DNA of 64,000 bases. Origin: Savitreella phatthalungensis (Eukaryota). The DNA lies in assembly GCA_051599415.1 (NCBI GenBank), contig AP039691.1, forward strand, positions 496,001 to 560,000, read 5' to 3'. Of the stretch, positions 1 to 9,767 are shown in pieces. A program made the position numbers and the translations under genes. Positions within the stretch are counted from its first letter, which is position 1. Every line of letters starts with the position of its first letter. Below the pieces are notes generated by a model. That model worked only from the letters and a program-made list of their open reading frames with translations, did no database searches and was not told the DNA's origin.

Positions 1-2160
1 CACTTCAGCGTTGTTGCCGAGCATGAACGCCAGCAACGAGTCCTGATTCAGATTCTGCATTCCCCAAGCGGCAGCTGCAGCCTCAGCCGTCTGTGGCTGA
101 CCACCATGATGACTGCTAGTGCCATTTCCAGTACCTGGTCCATGACCACTGCTAGTGCCAGTTGTGTTGTTGGGACTGCGATCGCCGTTGGTGCCGGTGT
201 GATTGCCGTTGTGGTGATGATGGTGATGGTGGTGCAGGTGAGGGTGTGCATGAGCAGCCAGACCGACATTGTAGCCTTCTGGAACGACGTAGTTCGAAAC
301 GTAGATCTGCTGAGGCGGCGACATGGCTGTCTCTGGCCGCGGCGACGGTACAGGTGAATTGCTCCGAGGCGTCTGTGCTGACATCCGTGGACCGACCTGG
401 GAGCGGACGTTGCTCGTATATGCGTCGCGCTGAACACCTGCGTCAGCCAGCGTTCCATAGTCCAACACTTTGCTCCTGAAATCGGCAAAGTGATCCGTTG
501 TCTCGTACGCCAGTCTTCCCTCTGAAGAGAACCGTGTGTGGAGGTCGTAGAGCTTCCGTGCGGTCTCGATCCAGTTCGATACCATCTTCCACTTGCCCCT
601 CGCATCCTCCAGATATCCGAGCCCCTCCCTGTGTAGCTGGAGCGCGCGCGGAGAGATCTCCGGATCAGACCATGGGAACGCTGCCAGGTACGCCATCACC
701 GACGAAGCGGAGAAGATCGAGAAGAGCGCAAACGGCACGCACAGCGGACTCTCAGACTTGACCAACTCCCGATTGAGCGAGATGATCTGCTCTGCAGCCT
801 CAAATGCCGTGTGCGCAGACTTCTGCCAGAATCCTTGAGGCTCGCGCCAGCCGCGCTCACCGCCTTCAGGTGGACCTTTCGGCGGATCACCTCTAGGCGG
901 CGCAAATGTCAGGTAGCTCCGGTGGAGGAAGAGCAAGCCATTGTTGTAGACCATGTACATGAGTGCAAAGCTCGAGTGCTTCTGGCTCAGCTGGATCAGC
1001 AAGGTCTGTGGATTGAGCTGCAAGGAGCTTGGCAATCGCGCTCGCCACTGATCAAACTTGGCCTGAAGCTTGTAGAAATCGCCCTGCTCATCCCACGGAG
1101 GCCGCGTATCTGTCCTCCAAGCTCTCGAGCACGTCCATCGCGACAGCTCCGACCACAGGTCCATCAGCTCGATGTACGCCGCCATTGTCCCCGTGCATTC
1201 TGGCAGATGTGTCTCGCCCGGGTGGAGCTCCTCGTGCAGATATCGAATCGCCTCTGGCGTGCCGTAAGTAAAGTTCGTGTTGTCCTGCGGCAAGGGCACC
1301 GACACATCTGCTCTTGCGATCATCTGCGGCCGACCTAGACCGTTCGACAGCAACCTGTCCATCAGGAAACATGACCAAAAGGTCCGTCTGCGCGTCTCTG
1401 CCTCGATGAATTCCACACCGCGGGAAAACCTGGCTGGCGGGTACGCCTGCGCGTTCGCTAGACCGAGCACCTGCGCCATCCGAATCGCGATCCCAATATA
1501 AATCCACGCGCGTGCGCCCTCGCTGTTTGACCAGAGGTATGCACCGACCATGATCAGGCACTGAATCCGCGGGATACTCGGCTTGTCAATGTGCGGCATG
1601 ACGAGAGCGAGTGCTCGCCTGCAGAAATGCTCAGACGCCACCTGCTCGTCCTCAAAGTCCTTGACAATCTGGCGCGACAGTCTAGCACTGAGCGTCAGAA
1701 TCGCCAGACACACACAGGCCTCCACCTCACCTTCCCGCCACTGCTTCTCAAACGTCGGCTTGTGGAAGATGCCAAACATGTCGTTATACGAGTGCTGGAA
1801 GAACAGCTCGAGCGCCTCTGCCATGATCTCCCGGCATGGTAGATTATGAGGTCCGCCCTCGTACCGAGCTCTCTTGAAACTCGGTGTGACCCCTTCGACC
1901 GCCGATACACGCCTCTTCACGGGCTGTGGGCTGCTTCGCGCACCTTCGTCGTCCTGGATGATCGTCGGAATGATACACTGCTTGCCGCTTTGGGAGCAGT
2001 GTCTACAAGGTGGCGCGCCGTTGTGCCGACACTTGATCTTCGACCGCCGGCACGCAAGGCACGCGATCGGCGTTCGCACAGACTTCCGCCAGTGCTGCTC
2101 CTCTGAATCAGCCCGAGACGGACCTGAAGGCCGAGGCGAGTTCCCCTCAGCCGTCGTCAT
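1..2160 (-). CDS. Zn(II)2Cys6 fungal transcription factor, 3' end beyond the window start
   Basis: ATG at 2160 (minus strand) translates MTTAEGNSPRPSG...RTPIACLACRRSKIKCRHNGAPPCRHCSQSGKQCII, a CxxC-x6-C-x6-CxxC-x6-C cluster. The same frame reads sensibly at the window start (His run near 211-255, then MQNLNQDSLLAFMLG). Absent from the ORF track, as expected if the frame has no stop inside the window. Confidence 0.9.
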   Translation of the reverse strand, partial: MTTAEGNSPRPSGPSRADSEEQHWRKSVRTPIACLACRRSKIKCRHNGAPPCRHCSQSGKQCIIPTIIQDDEGARSSPQPVKRRVSAVEGVTPSFKRARYEGGPHNLPCREIMAEALELFFQHSYNDMFGIFHKPTFEKQWREGEVEACVCLAILTLSARLSRQIVKDFEDEQVASEHFCRRALALVMPHIDKPSIPRIQCLIMVGAYLWSNSEGARAWIYIGIAIRMAQVLGLANAQAYPPARFSRGVEFIEAETRRRTFWSCFLMDRLLSNGLGRPQMIARADVSVPLPQDNTNFTYGTPEAIRYLHEELHPGETHLPECTGTMAAYIELMDLWSELSRWTCSRAWRTDTRPPWDEQGDFYKLQAKFDQWRARLPSSLQLNPQTLLIQLSQKHSSFALMYMVYNNGLLFLHRSYLTFAPPRGDPPKGPPEGGERGWREPQGFWQKSAHTAFEAAEQIISLNRELVKSESPLCVPFALFSIFSASSVMAYLAAFPWSDPEISPRALQLHREGLGYLEDARGKWKMVSNWIETARKLYDLHTRFSSEGRLAYETTDHFADFRSKVLDYGTLADAGVQRDAYTSNVRSQVGPRMSAQTPRSNSPVPSPRPETAMSPPQQIYVSNYVVPEGYNVGLAAHAHPHLHHHHHHHHNGNHTGTNGDRSPNNTTGTSSGHGPGTGNGTSSHHGGQPQTAEAAAAAWGMQNLNQDSLLAFMLGNNAEV

Positions 2161-2544
2161 CCTAGGCCAACCTCAACTTCAATACTACTCAGCACCCTGT
2201 ACTCGCAATTAAGTGGGCGTCACGGCGCGCGCGCGTTCGTGAGATGCTGCTTGGATGAATAGGCTCAATGATGAGCACGCGATTATATCAGGTACTGTGT
2301 GCATGTGCATGCATATGTTCTTGTCCTTGCCCCACACAAAAATAATTCTGGCCAGGACAGGACATTGGCAGCCCAAGATCACGGATTAGACCGAGTAGCC
2401 GAGCAAGTAACAGGTTCAGAGCTCATCAACTACGCCTTCAACTAGACCAGCACATCCGCAATCACGCGACAAGGGCTGGATAGTGCACACAGAGAAGGCT
2501 GGCTCAAGCTGTGTACATAAGAGGAAGTGAGAGGCTTATCTGTG

Positions 2545-3846
2545 ATGCCGGCCGTTCCTGTGGAACGAGTGGAGCTGAAAGAGCCGGTGTTGGAGGCGAC
2601 TCCTGCTGCAGAGTCTATTCGGGCACCTAGCGTCAGAGTAGGCTACCCTGAAGGTGGGTATGGCTGGGTGGTGGTGGCTGCATCTGCAAGTATCTACTTC
2701 TGCGGCTGGGGCCTAAGCAACGCCTGGGGCACCTTCCAGACGTACTTCCAGGACACCCTGTACCCGAACGAGCCTGATGCAGCGATCGCTCTCATCGGGT
2801 CGCTGCAGGCAGCGCTGATCGAAGGCACAGGTGTTATCGTCGGCCTCTTCATCGACAGGGTCGGTGTGCGTCCTGTTATGATTGGTGGAGCAGTGCTCCA
2901 GCTTGGTGGACTTCTTGCAGCCTCGTTCGCCAAGACCGTCTGGCAGTTGTATCTGTCGCAGGCGGTGATGTTTGGTATTGGTGCAGGCACACTCTATATC
3001 GTCGCTGTCTCGGTGCCTGGCCAGTGGTTCGATAAGCGGAAGGCAACGGCATACGGGCTGCTGTACACGTCCTCCGGAGCAGGCGGGATCGTTTGGCCGA
3101 TCGTGCTGACTCTCCTTCTTGATAACATCGGATTCGGCTGGACCGTCCGAATTGTACTCCTTGTCAGCGCGATCCAGATCGTCTTTGGTGTGGTCTTCAT
3201 GCGCACACGCTCAATCGAGCCGATTGAGGTCGAAGAGCCTGCCAAAGTTGACCTCCGTGCCATCTACTCCGACAAGAAACTCTGGTTTATCTCCGCGTTC
3301 TACCTCGTTCTCTCAATTGGCATGCTCAATCCTATGTTCTATCTTAGCGGATTTGGACCAACAGTCGGCGTCGGCCGCACCTTGAGTTTCTACCTGCTAG
3401 CAGTCCTAAACGCTTCTTCAATTCCTGGCAGGACGATCTGCGGACTTGCAGCTGATCGGTGTGGCAGGTTGAATGTGCTCATCATCTCAACGACTGCAGC
3501 GGCGATCGTCTGCTTGGCAGTCTGGACCACTGTCACCGGCACAGGTGGCGTCATCGCGCTCGCAGTCCTGTATGGATTTGCATTCGGCGGCCTCATCTCG
3601 CTCATGCCAGCTGTCACGGCACAAATCTGCGGTCAACACCACCTCGCCACAAAGTTTGGTCTGGTGTCAGCTGCTGGCGCGATCGGTTGTCTGGTGGGCG
3701 CTCCTCTCGCCGCACTCTTCCTCAATGGTCGACGCTCGGGCTACCAACACTGTGCGGCTTTCTCCGGTGCGTTCATTGTGTTGGCAGCATTCATGATGAT
3801 CGGCTTACGGTGGAAGCTCGAACGGAGGCTATTTAAGTACGTCTAG
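2545..3846 (+). CDS. MFS monocarboxylate-type transporter (MCT/Mch family)
   Basis: PEGGYGWVVV N-terminal motif, about 12 hydrophobic segments, QWFDKRKATAYG and GLAADRCGRLN loop motifs. First ATG at 2545. Confidence 0.9.
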   Translation: MPAVPVERVELKEPVLEATPAAESIRAPSVRVGYPEGGYGWVVVAASASIYFCGWGLSNAWGTFQTYFQDTLYPNEPDAAIALIGSLQAALIEGTGVIVGLFIDRVGVRPVMIGGAVLQLGGLLAASFAKTVWQLYLSQAVMFGIGAGTLYIVAVSVPGQWFDKRKATAYGLLYTSSGAGGIVWPIVLTLLLDNIGFGWTVRIVLLVSAIQIVFGVVFMRTRSIEPIEVEEPAKVDLRAIYSDKKLWFISAFYLVLSIGMLNPMFYLSGFGPTVGVGRTLSFYLLAVLNASSIPGRTICGLAADRCGRLNVLIISTTAAAIVCLAVWTTVTGTGGVIALAVLYGFAFGGLISLMPAVTAQICGQHHLATKFGLVSAAGAIGCLVGAPLAALFLNGRRSGYQHCAAFSGAFIVLAAFMMIGLRWKLERRLFKYV

Positions 3847-3847
3847 G

Positions 3848-5680
3848 CTACAGCTTCCACTTCTTCAGAGTGCCGTCTGCGCCGGATGTGATCAGGCCAT
3901 CCTCGCCCTCCCACACGACACCTGTGGCTCCGCCCTGATGCGCGTTCTTGAATTCGACCTTGCTGCCAGGCTTCGCCACAGACCACACGTAGATGTGTGT
4001 GTCGAGTGAAGTCGAGGCAACGCGCTCTCCGGAGGCATTCCACGTCAGTTGCGTGATGCGACCAACGTGAAACGCCCATCTCGACGTGACAACCGATCCG
4101 TCAGCTGTCGAGTATAGCACTATCTTGCCTGAGGACTCTCCGACAGCAAGGTGGTCTCCTGACGGGGAGAATGCCAGCGCAGTCACTGTTGTTCTTGAGG
4201 AAGATAATTTTCTCAAGGACGCGAGGTCCTGCGATAAGATTTCGACCGTGCCCTCGCCACCGACAGCAATCAGCGATGCGTCTTTCGAGACAGCCGCCGC
4301 TGTGGCGTCGAAAGCGAGTCCTGTTGATTTCTGCTTCTCTCCATCTTTCGAGTACAGCTGGAGAGCGTCCGAAAGTGCAACCGCGATCTTGTCGCCTCCA
4401 GCACCGACGCCGCGCGGCTGAGAAGGTAGAGAGATCGACTTTGTATACTTACCACTTGTGAAAATTCGTAGAGTATCGTCATATCCGATAGAGCATGTGA
4501 ATGTATCTGTGGACACGATCGCAGTCACCTGCGCGGTGTGTCCCTCCAGCGGCGTGGCGACTAGATTGGCGTTCCACAAGCATTGTCTATCAAAGGAGCC
4601 TGTGATCAGTCCTTCAGGCGTCCTCGCAAGGGCTGTGATACCACGCTGGTGGCCGTGAATGCGCTGAATAGCTCCGTCGTTCGAGAGAATGGCGAGCTCG
4701 CCCGAGAGTGCAAGCGAGATGATCTTCTCGCCTGCGAAGACGACGCCGACCTGCTGTCCGGACACGCCTTGCGCGACCTGCCACGTGTTCATGCAGCTCT
4801 TCGTCGAGACATCCCAAAGACGGACAGCTCCGTCAGCTGAAGCGCTAGCCAGGTGCTTAGAATCTCCTTGCCAAGCCAGTGAGAACACACTGCCTGCCTT
4901 GGCATCGTCGAATTCTCCAACGAGGTCACCCGTCTTGCCGTCGTATAAGATAATTTTGCCATCTGCGCCGCATGAGACAAGATGCGTGCCATCAGGACTG
5001 AAGCGGACATCATATACGAATCCTGTATGCGAGCGTAATGTCTTGTTGTACTTGTACGGAGTTCCGTGAAGGAAGATGACCACGCCATCGTCTCCGGCGG
5101 TGGCGGCACGAAAGGGCCGTTGTTGGCGAATTGCAACGGCGTTGATAATCTGCGAATGCCCTGTCACTTCGCCAACAGAATTAGCAGTATCTGCAGTAAA
5201 GGCGTGGCCGAATCTCTCTTTGCCATTGCCCACAGCGATGATCCTCTGAGATTCACCGTCCCACTCGACGTCGCGAATGTCGGATATCGGTCGAGACTCG
5301 TTCTTCAGCGTCTGATCGTCACCCACGCAATCCCATATCCGCACATTACCACCAGAGTCACCAGAGCAGACGTAGTAACCCGAAGGACTGATTTTTGCCA
5401 CGTTCACCGGCAAGGTATGTCCCGTGTACTGCTTCGCGACAGACAGATCGGCGATATCTCTCACAAAGACACTTCTGCCAGATCCATAAATAAGCTTCTC
5501 GCCCTTTCGATCGACCGACAGACGCGTCGATACGCCACGAGACGTATTTGGCAGCGGTGCAGCAAGCGTCATACCGTGAGAATCGTCTTGTATCGTGTCG
5601 TGTCGTGTCCTGTTGGCTTTGTCTTCGTCTACTTGATTGAGTGACGTACTTGTCCTTGTATTCCTTCCAGTAGCTGTCAT
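3848..5680 (-). CDS. AIP1: Actin-interacting protein 1 (WD40 double beta-propeller)
   Basis: PNTSRG, SPSGYYVCSGD, GHSQIINAVAIRQQRPFRAATAGDD and SLDTHIYVWSV motifs; many WD repeats. Start is either ATG 5680 or ATG 5572. Confidence 0.9.
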   Translation of the reverse strand: MTATGRNTRTSTSLNQVDEDKANRTRHDTIQDDSHGMTLAAPLPNTSRGVSTRLSVDRKGEKLIYGSGRSVFVRDIADLSVAKQYTGHTLPVNVAKISPSGYYVCSGDSGGNVRIWDCVGDDQTLKNESRPISDIRDVEWDGESQRIIAVGNGKERFGHAFTADTANSVGEVTGHSQIINAVAIRQQRPFRAATAGDDGVVIFLHGTPYKYNKTLRSHTGFVYDVRFSPDGTHLVSCGADGKIILYDGKTGDLVGEFDDAKAGSVFSLAWQGDSKHLASASADGAVRLWDVSTKSCMNTWQVAQGVSGQQVGVVFAGEKIISLALSGELAILSNDGAIQRIHGHQRGITALARTPEGLITGSFDRQCLWNANLVATPLEGHTAQVTAIVSTDTFTCSIGYDDTLRIFTSGKYTKSISLPSQPRGVGAGGDKIAVALSDALQLYSKDGEKQKSTGLAFDATAAAVSKDASLIAVGGEGTVEILSQDLASLRKLSSSRTTVTALAFSPSGDHLAVGESSGKIVLYSTADGSVVTSRWAFHVGRITQLTWNASGERVASTSLDTHIYVWSVAKPGSKVEFKNAHQGGATGVVWEGEDGLITSGADGTLKKWKL

Positions 5681-5893
5681 TGAATCAATAAACTGATCGC
5701 TCGAGCGATTGAGGTCCACTGTCACAGATGCACGCATATATGCATGTGTCAGGGCACAGAATACGTCAATCGAGTGTACTAGTACAAGCAGCACAACACG
5801 ATCAAGCTGGTCCTCGAGGACGACGACAGGAGTGGAGCATCATTATACAGGGCGTACTCAGCTATTTGAGTAGCCGAGGGTGCTACTCGAGTT

Positions 5894-7540
5894 ATGGATT
5901 TGGCAAAGATCCTTGCAGAGGAGGAGGCTCCAGCTGAAGGCAGGTGCGTCGAATGTGAAGACCGGGAAGCAGAGCTTAGATGTGAGACATGTGACGAAGG
6001 ATTCTGCGAAGGATGCAGCCAGCTTATACACCGTACGGGTAAACGGCGGGTACACGCTCTGGTCAAGATGAACCAAGAGGAGGAAGAGATGGATGCAGAC
6101 GTTCCAGACGATCTCCCAGACGCTCCAGCAACAGACGTCGCCACGATCTCCAATATCCTCGCACGATCACGATTCATCCCTTTGCGACTGACTCCAGATG
6201 AGAGACACCTACTCCGGCTTCTCGAGGCTGCACTGGCGGTGTCAGAGTACACCGACAAGATTGACATTCTCAGCTACACATCCAAGGCTAAGCGGATCGT
6301 TGCTCAATTGAAGCACATCTGTGCGATTCTTTCTGGTCTCATGGTCGCCCAAGACTACAAGGCCGGACAGTCACTGCTCGAGGACCGGGATTACGCCGCA
6401 AATGCACAGTTCTATCGCGACATGTTCGAGATCGGTCGGCGTTACAAAATCATGAACCCCGACCGGTTGCGGGCGACGTATGGAAAGATGATGTTCATGA
6501 TTCAGGACTCGCTGATACCAGAGGTCAAGGAGGCAATGGGCTTCGACTTGTTTACACCGGTGTTGACTGTTCACGATTATCTCGAGCAACGGGGCGGGCT
6601 CGCGATGCTTGAAGACCCACTTGTCGTCCAGGCGACGATGGAAATCATCTCCGAGGGACGTGCTCGCTCAGCAGTTCAGACGGAGATCCGCTCGAAGGAG
6701 CGGTCAATCGAAAGCTTGTCCCGCAAGTATGCCACGGACAAGCTGCCTCGAGAATCTCTCCGACAGTGTCTGTACTCGATCGGCGACAACAACGCCTTCC
6801 TCAGAGCCAATCGCGATCCTGTACAAAGGCTTCGACACCTGCTGTTTGATCACTTCCAGCCTGACGAAGGCACCGAGCTCGCTATCCAGGCTGGCCTACG
6901 TGGCTCGCGCCTGTCTCATTCACACTCGAAGCAGTTTGCATTTGTGAATCAGTCCCTAACGCTATGGGCATTGGTGATGGAGCACATGTTCGAGCTGTAT
7001 GCGCTTGTGGATGCAGACCTGCTATCACGGACATGCAGGTACCGACTGCTGGACACGGGCCAGGGGCTGAACAGAGTTCAGGCTTGCCCACACATCTCAC
7101 GCAAGATGCACGCGCTCCTACACGCCGCGCAGCGCACGTGCGGCGGCTGGGTAGGCTCTTCTGCTATCCACCTCGGTGACATCAACGTTCCCAACGCGCT
7201 CGTCTTCATCGACAAGTACCTACAGGTACCGCGGATCCTCAACCCCGTGTGCACGGCCATTGCCCGCATGCCTGCCCTCGGCAAGGACCCGTACCTGTCA
7301 CGGTACCTGGAGGATGCGTTCGGCGGTGTCGACGCACTCCAGCGAGCCTTCCTCACAGACTTCTTCCGACACGCCTTTGACGGCTCTGGTGCAGACAACA
7401 ACTTCTCAGCAGGCTCCTGCATCGACGGTCGATTGACGTCCGCCTGGAACTGGTGCAACGAGATTCACAAGAAAGCATATCATCGTGCTCTTCTGCTCAC
7501 GGATTTCCCTGGCTTTGACGGGGAGGGTTTTGGTGTGTAA
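5894..7540 (+). CDS. UPF0652/DUF2009 family protein with an N-terminal B-box-type zinc finger
   Basis: CVEC...CETCDEGFCEGC...IH...H B-box pattern; family motifs IPLRL, YKIMNP, SAIHLGD, FIDKY, HAFDGSGADN, AGSCIDGRLTSAWNWC. Confidence 0.85.
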   Translation: MDLAKILAEEEAPAEGRCVECEDREAELRCETCDEGFCEGCSQLIHRTGKRRVHALVKMNQEEEEMDADVPDDLPDAPATDVATISNILARSRFIPLRLTPDERHLLRLLEAALAVSEYTDKIDILSYTSKAKRIVAQLKHICAILSGLMVAQDYKAGQSLLEDRDYAANAQFYRDMFEIGRRYKIMNPDRLRATYGKMMFMIQDSLIPEVKEAMGFDLFTPVLTVHDYLEQRGGLAMLEDPLVVQATMEIISEGRARSAVQTEIRSKERSIESLSRKYATDKLPRESLRQCLYSIGDNNAFLRANRDPVQRLRHLLFDHFQPDEGTELAIQAGLRGSRLSHSHSKQFAFVNQSLTLWALVMEHMFELYALVDADLLSRTCRYRLLDTGQGLNRVQACPHISRKMHALLHAAQRTCGGWVGSSAIHLGDINVPNALVFIDKYLQVPRILNPVCTAIARMPALGKDPYLSRYLEDAFGGVDALQRAFLTDFFRHAFDGSGADNNFSAGSCIDGRLTSAWNWCNEIHKKAYHRALLLTDFPGFDGEGFGV

Positions 7541-7653
7541 ATGGGCATGTCCTATACCCTCAGCTAAAAGGCTGGCATGATGAAGAGACGGAAGGTCGCA
7601 CACGGGGAAGCATGTGGTTGGCATGAATACGAATATGACATAGAAAAAGGAAA

Positions 7654-7755
7654 CCCTCAGATACCGTTGTAGTCTATTTGGATAAGGACCACCGACAGGC
7701 CGCCCGCCAAGGCAGCCAGTCTATCCATTCCTGAAAAGAAGGTGTCATCAGTGGG
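7654..7755 (-). ncRNA. snR79: Box C/D snoRNA, snR79-like (predicted guide for 18S rRNA Cm1007, yeast numbering)
   Basis: Minus strand reads CCCA-CUGAUGA (box C)...AGACUACAACGGUAU-CUGA (box D)-GGG, with a terminal CCC/GGG stem. The guide is complementary to the conserved 18S segment AUACCGUYGUAGUCU, and the D+5 rule lands on the second C. Confidence 0.8.
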
Positions 7756-8456
7756 CAGGAATCTACAAATAATCCGGCCAGAGACCTGACAAAAAGCTTT
7801 CCGTGTGGCAGCATTGGACATTCAGGGGTAATGCAAGTTCCGACGACCTACCGACTGTGATGTCACTTACGGGCAAAGTAGAACCATTCCAACGCCCATA
7901 GGTTCCATGACAGAAGGCAGCTCTAACGATCCTCGCAGTTGCTTGACTCGAACCGCTCATTCAGCTCAAGAACAATAGAACCGAGTGATGTGCTTGACGA
8001 AAAGAGTGTCGATGGTGTTGAATTTCAAAGTCCATCGATCACTGGAATGCTGGATTTTATTCTGGATCCACATTGATCAATCGTTTAGGATCCCTGAAGC
8101 GGAGGGCGAGCGAGCATGTGATAGGAGTCATTCGTGTAGTGGCCGAGATCGTGTTTACGGATGAGCTCTTGACTGGCGTCCTTGATTCAAGTCGCCAACA
8201 GAGTTCAAGTGGTGGTTCTGAAGCCTTCCGTTGCCTGTTGAGCATACGCTGCTCGTGCTATCTTGCCCACTCGACGTTCTACTGGTTAGGATGGACAAAC
8301 TCCTACTCAGAACAGTTCATGACAGTAGAGACCATGAATCGACTTCAAAGTAGTCGTTCCTGTACGCACACGAGGTCTTCGCCAGGAGGTCTTTGCCAGG
8401 AGAAACTTCTTTGAGCCTGTGAAGGGTGTAGAAAGTGCAAAAAGTAGAAAAAAGAA

Positions 8457-8575
8457 GAACTGCAGTACCAGGACTTCCCACCTGGTCTCCCACGGCAGTA
8501 CTATTCCGGCGCTGCGCTGGTTATCTTTGGTGATCGGACGGGAACCAGATCTTTCAGCGCGCTATGACCGCAGAT
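8457..8575 (-). rRNA. 5S ribosomal RNA, dispersed single copy
   Basis: Minus strand ATCTGCGGTCATAGCGCGCTGAAAG...CCCGTCCGATC...TAGTACT...TGGGAGACC...GGGAA...TACTGCAGTT, about 119 nt. Helices I and II pair, and oligo-T Pol III terminators follow. Confidence 0.93.
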
Positions 8576-8760
8576 GGAATTTTGCATTGTGGACAACAAT
8601 ATATAGCCATCAACTGAATGCACAGTTCGAGCACGAGACTGCCCGAGACGCTCTGTGAAAGACCTCTGGAGAGACTTTCAATGATGACAGCCCTTGGATG
8701 CTAAACGTCCAGGTAATCTATAGCTTTACTCCATTCAATCGTCTATTTGAATCGTTCGAT

Positions 8761-9612
8761 CTACACATCTTCCACGATATCACTAGCCTGGATCTCCACA
8801 TCATTTAGAAGACCTGCCTTTCGGAGGGTGGCAATCGTGTCATCGACCATACTGTGTGCTACTCCCGAGACTTTTTCGGGGTACGTGACAGTCTCGCTCC
8901 AGGCAGCTGCATCTTCTCTCGAGTAGTCGAGATTCTGTGCGATATAGTCGAGCGCTTCGTCCTTGTTGGTGTGGTAGTGGGCGATGCCCTTGTCGAGTCC
9001 GTCGAGGAGTGCGCGGACGCCTTCACGCGGTGCGTCCTTGTGAGCTGTAACCACCCAGGCTGGCCACGGTGTGTAAATCTCTCCGATCTGCCTGACCTCT
9101 CTGTGTGGCGGATCGTAGTACTTCTTTGTCGTGAACCGCTCCCACATGAACGCTGCCGCCTCTCCCGAATTCACACCCTTCCGCAGATTCGCAAACGTGT
9201 CCAGTTTCACAAACTCAAACGGCTCCGTCCACCCGCGCTGATCAGCAAGCACGTACGCCATCACATAGCTTCCACTGCCAATCCGTGACACCCCGATCTT
9301 GCTACCCCGGAGATCATTTACGCTGTGAACGGGAGCGTCCAGTCCCGTAGAAATGGCCCAGCAGAGTGGACTTGTGACGTACGTGCCGACAAGCGAGTAG
9401 AGACCCTTGTTTGCGCCGAGCCCATTGATCCAGCCTTCAGTCAGACCAATGCACACATCCACAGACCCTTCCTTGAACGACTGGATCATCTGTCCCGTTC
9501 CGGACGGTTGAGGGATCAGCTCTACCGCCGTCGAGATAAGGCGATGCTTGTGGGCGAGCAGGAGCGGCGTTAGGAAGTGCTCAGGCACATAGCCGACTCT
9601 GAGAGGTGGCAT
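8761..9612 (-). CDS. Type 2 periplasmic-binding-fold protein (SsuA/NMT1/THI5-like, Ca3427-like)
   Basis: RVGYVPEHF, PSGTGQM, GLTEGW, GVSRIGSGS, FMWERFTTK and YTPWP motifs; no signal peptide. Confidence 0.8.
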   Translation of the reverse strand: MPPLRVGYVPEHFLTPLLLAHKHRLISTAVELIPQPSGTGQMIQSFKEGSVDVCIGLTEGWINGLGANKGLYSLVGTYVTSPLCWAISTGLDAPVHSVNDLRGSKIGVSRIGSGSYVMAYVLADQRGWTEPFEFVKLDTFANLRKGVNSGEAAAFMWERFTTKKYYDPPHREVRQIGEIYTPWPAWVVTAHKDAPREGVRALLDGLDKGIAHYHTNKDEALDYIAQNLDYSREDAAAWSETVTYPEKVSGVAHSMVDDTIATLRKAGLLNDVEIQASDIVEDV

Positions 9613-9767
9613 GGTGGAACCTCGCAGTATAGGCTATTGATAGGATTCCGTTCTTGAGTCTAGCAGTATATAGACGACTGACGTCGTCGAGTCGTTCATA
9701 CATTCAGATCGACGTGCATTGAAGCTCAAAGAGGGAAAAAGACAAAAATCTGGAAGAAAAAAAAAAC

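Noticed and set aside
48..2212. Short ORFs listed by the track in the first 2.2 kb
   Set aside because: They overlap the unlisted minus-strand Zn2Cys6 reading frame that starts at 2160.
7660..7700. tRNA-like 5' half or RNase P CR-V-like motif
   Set aside because: No cloverleaf or P4 partner was found; it is better explained as the snoRNA guide.
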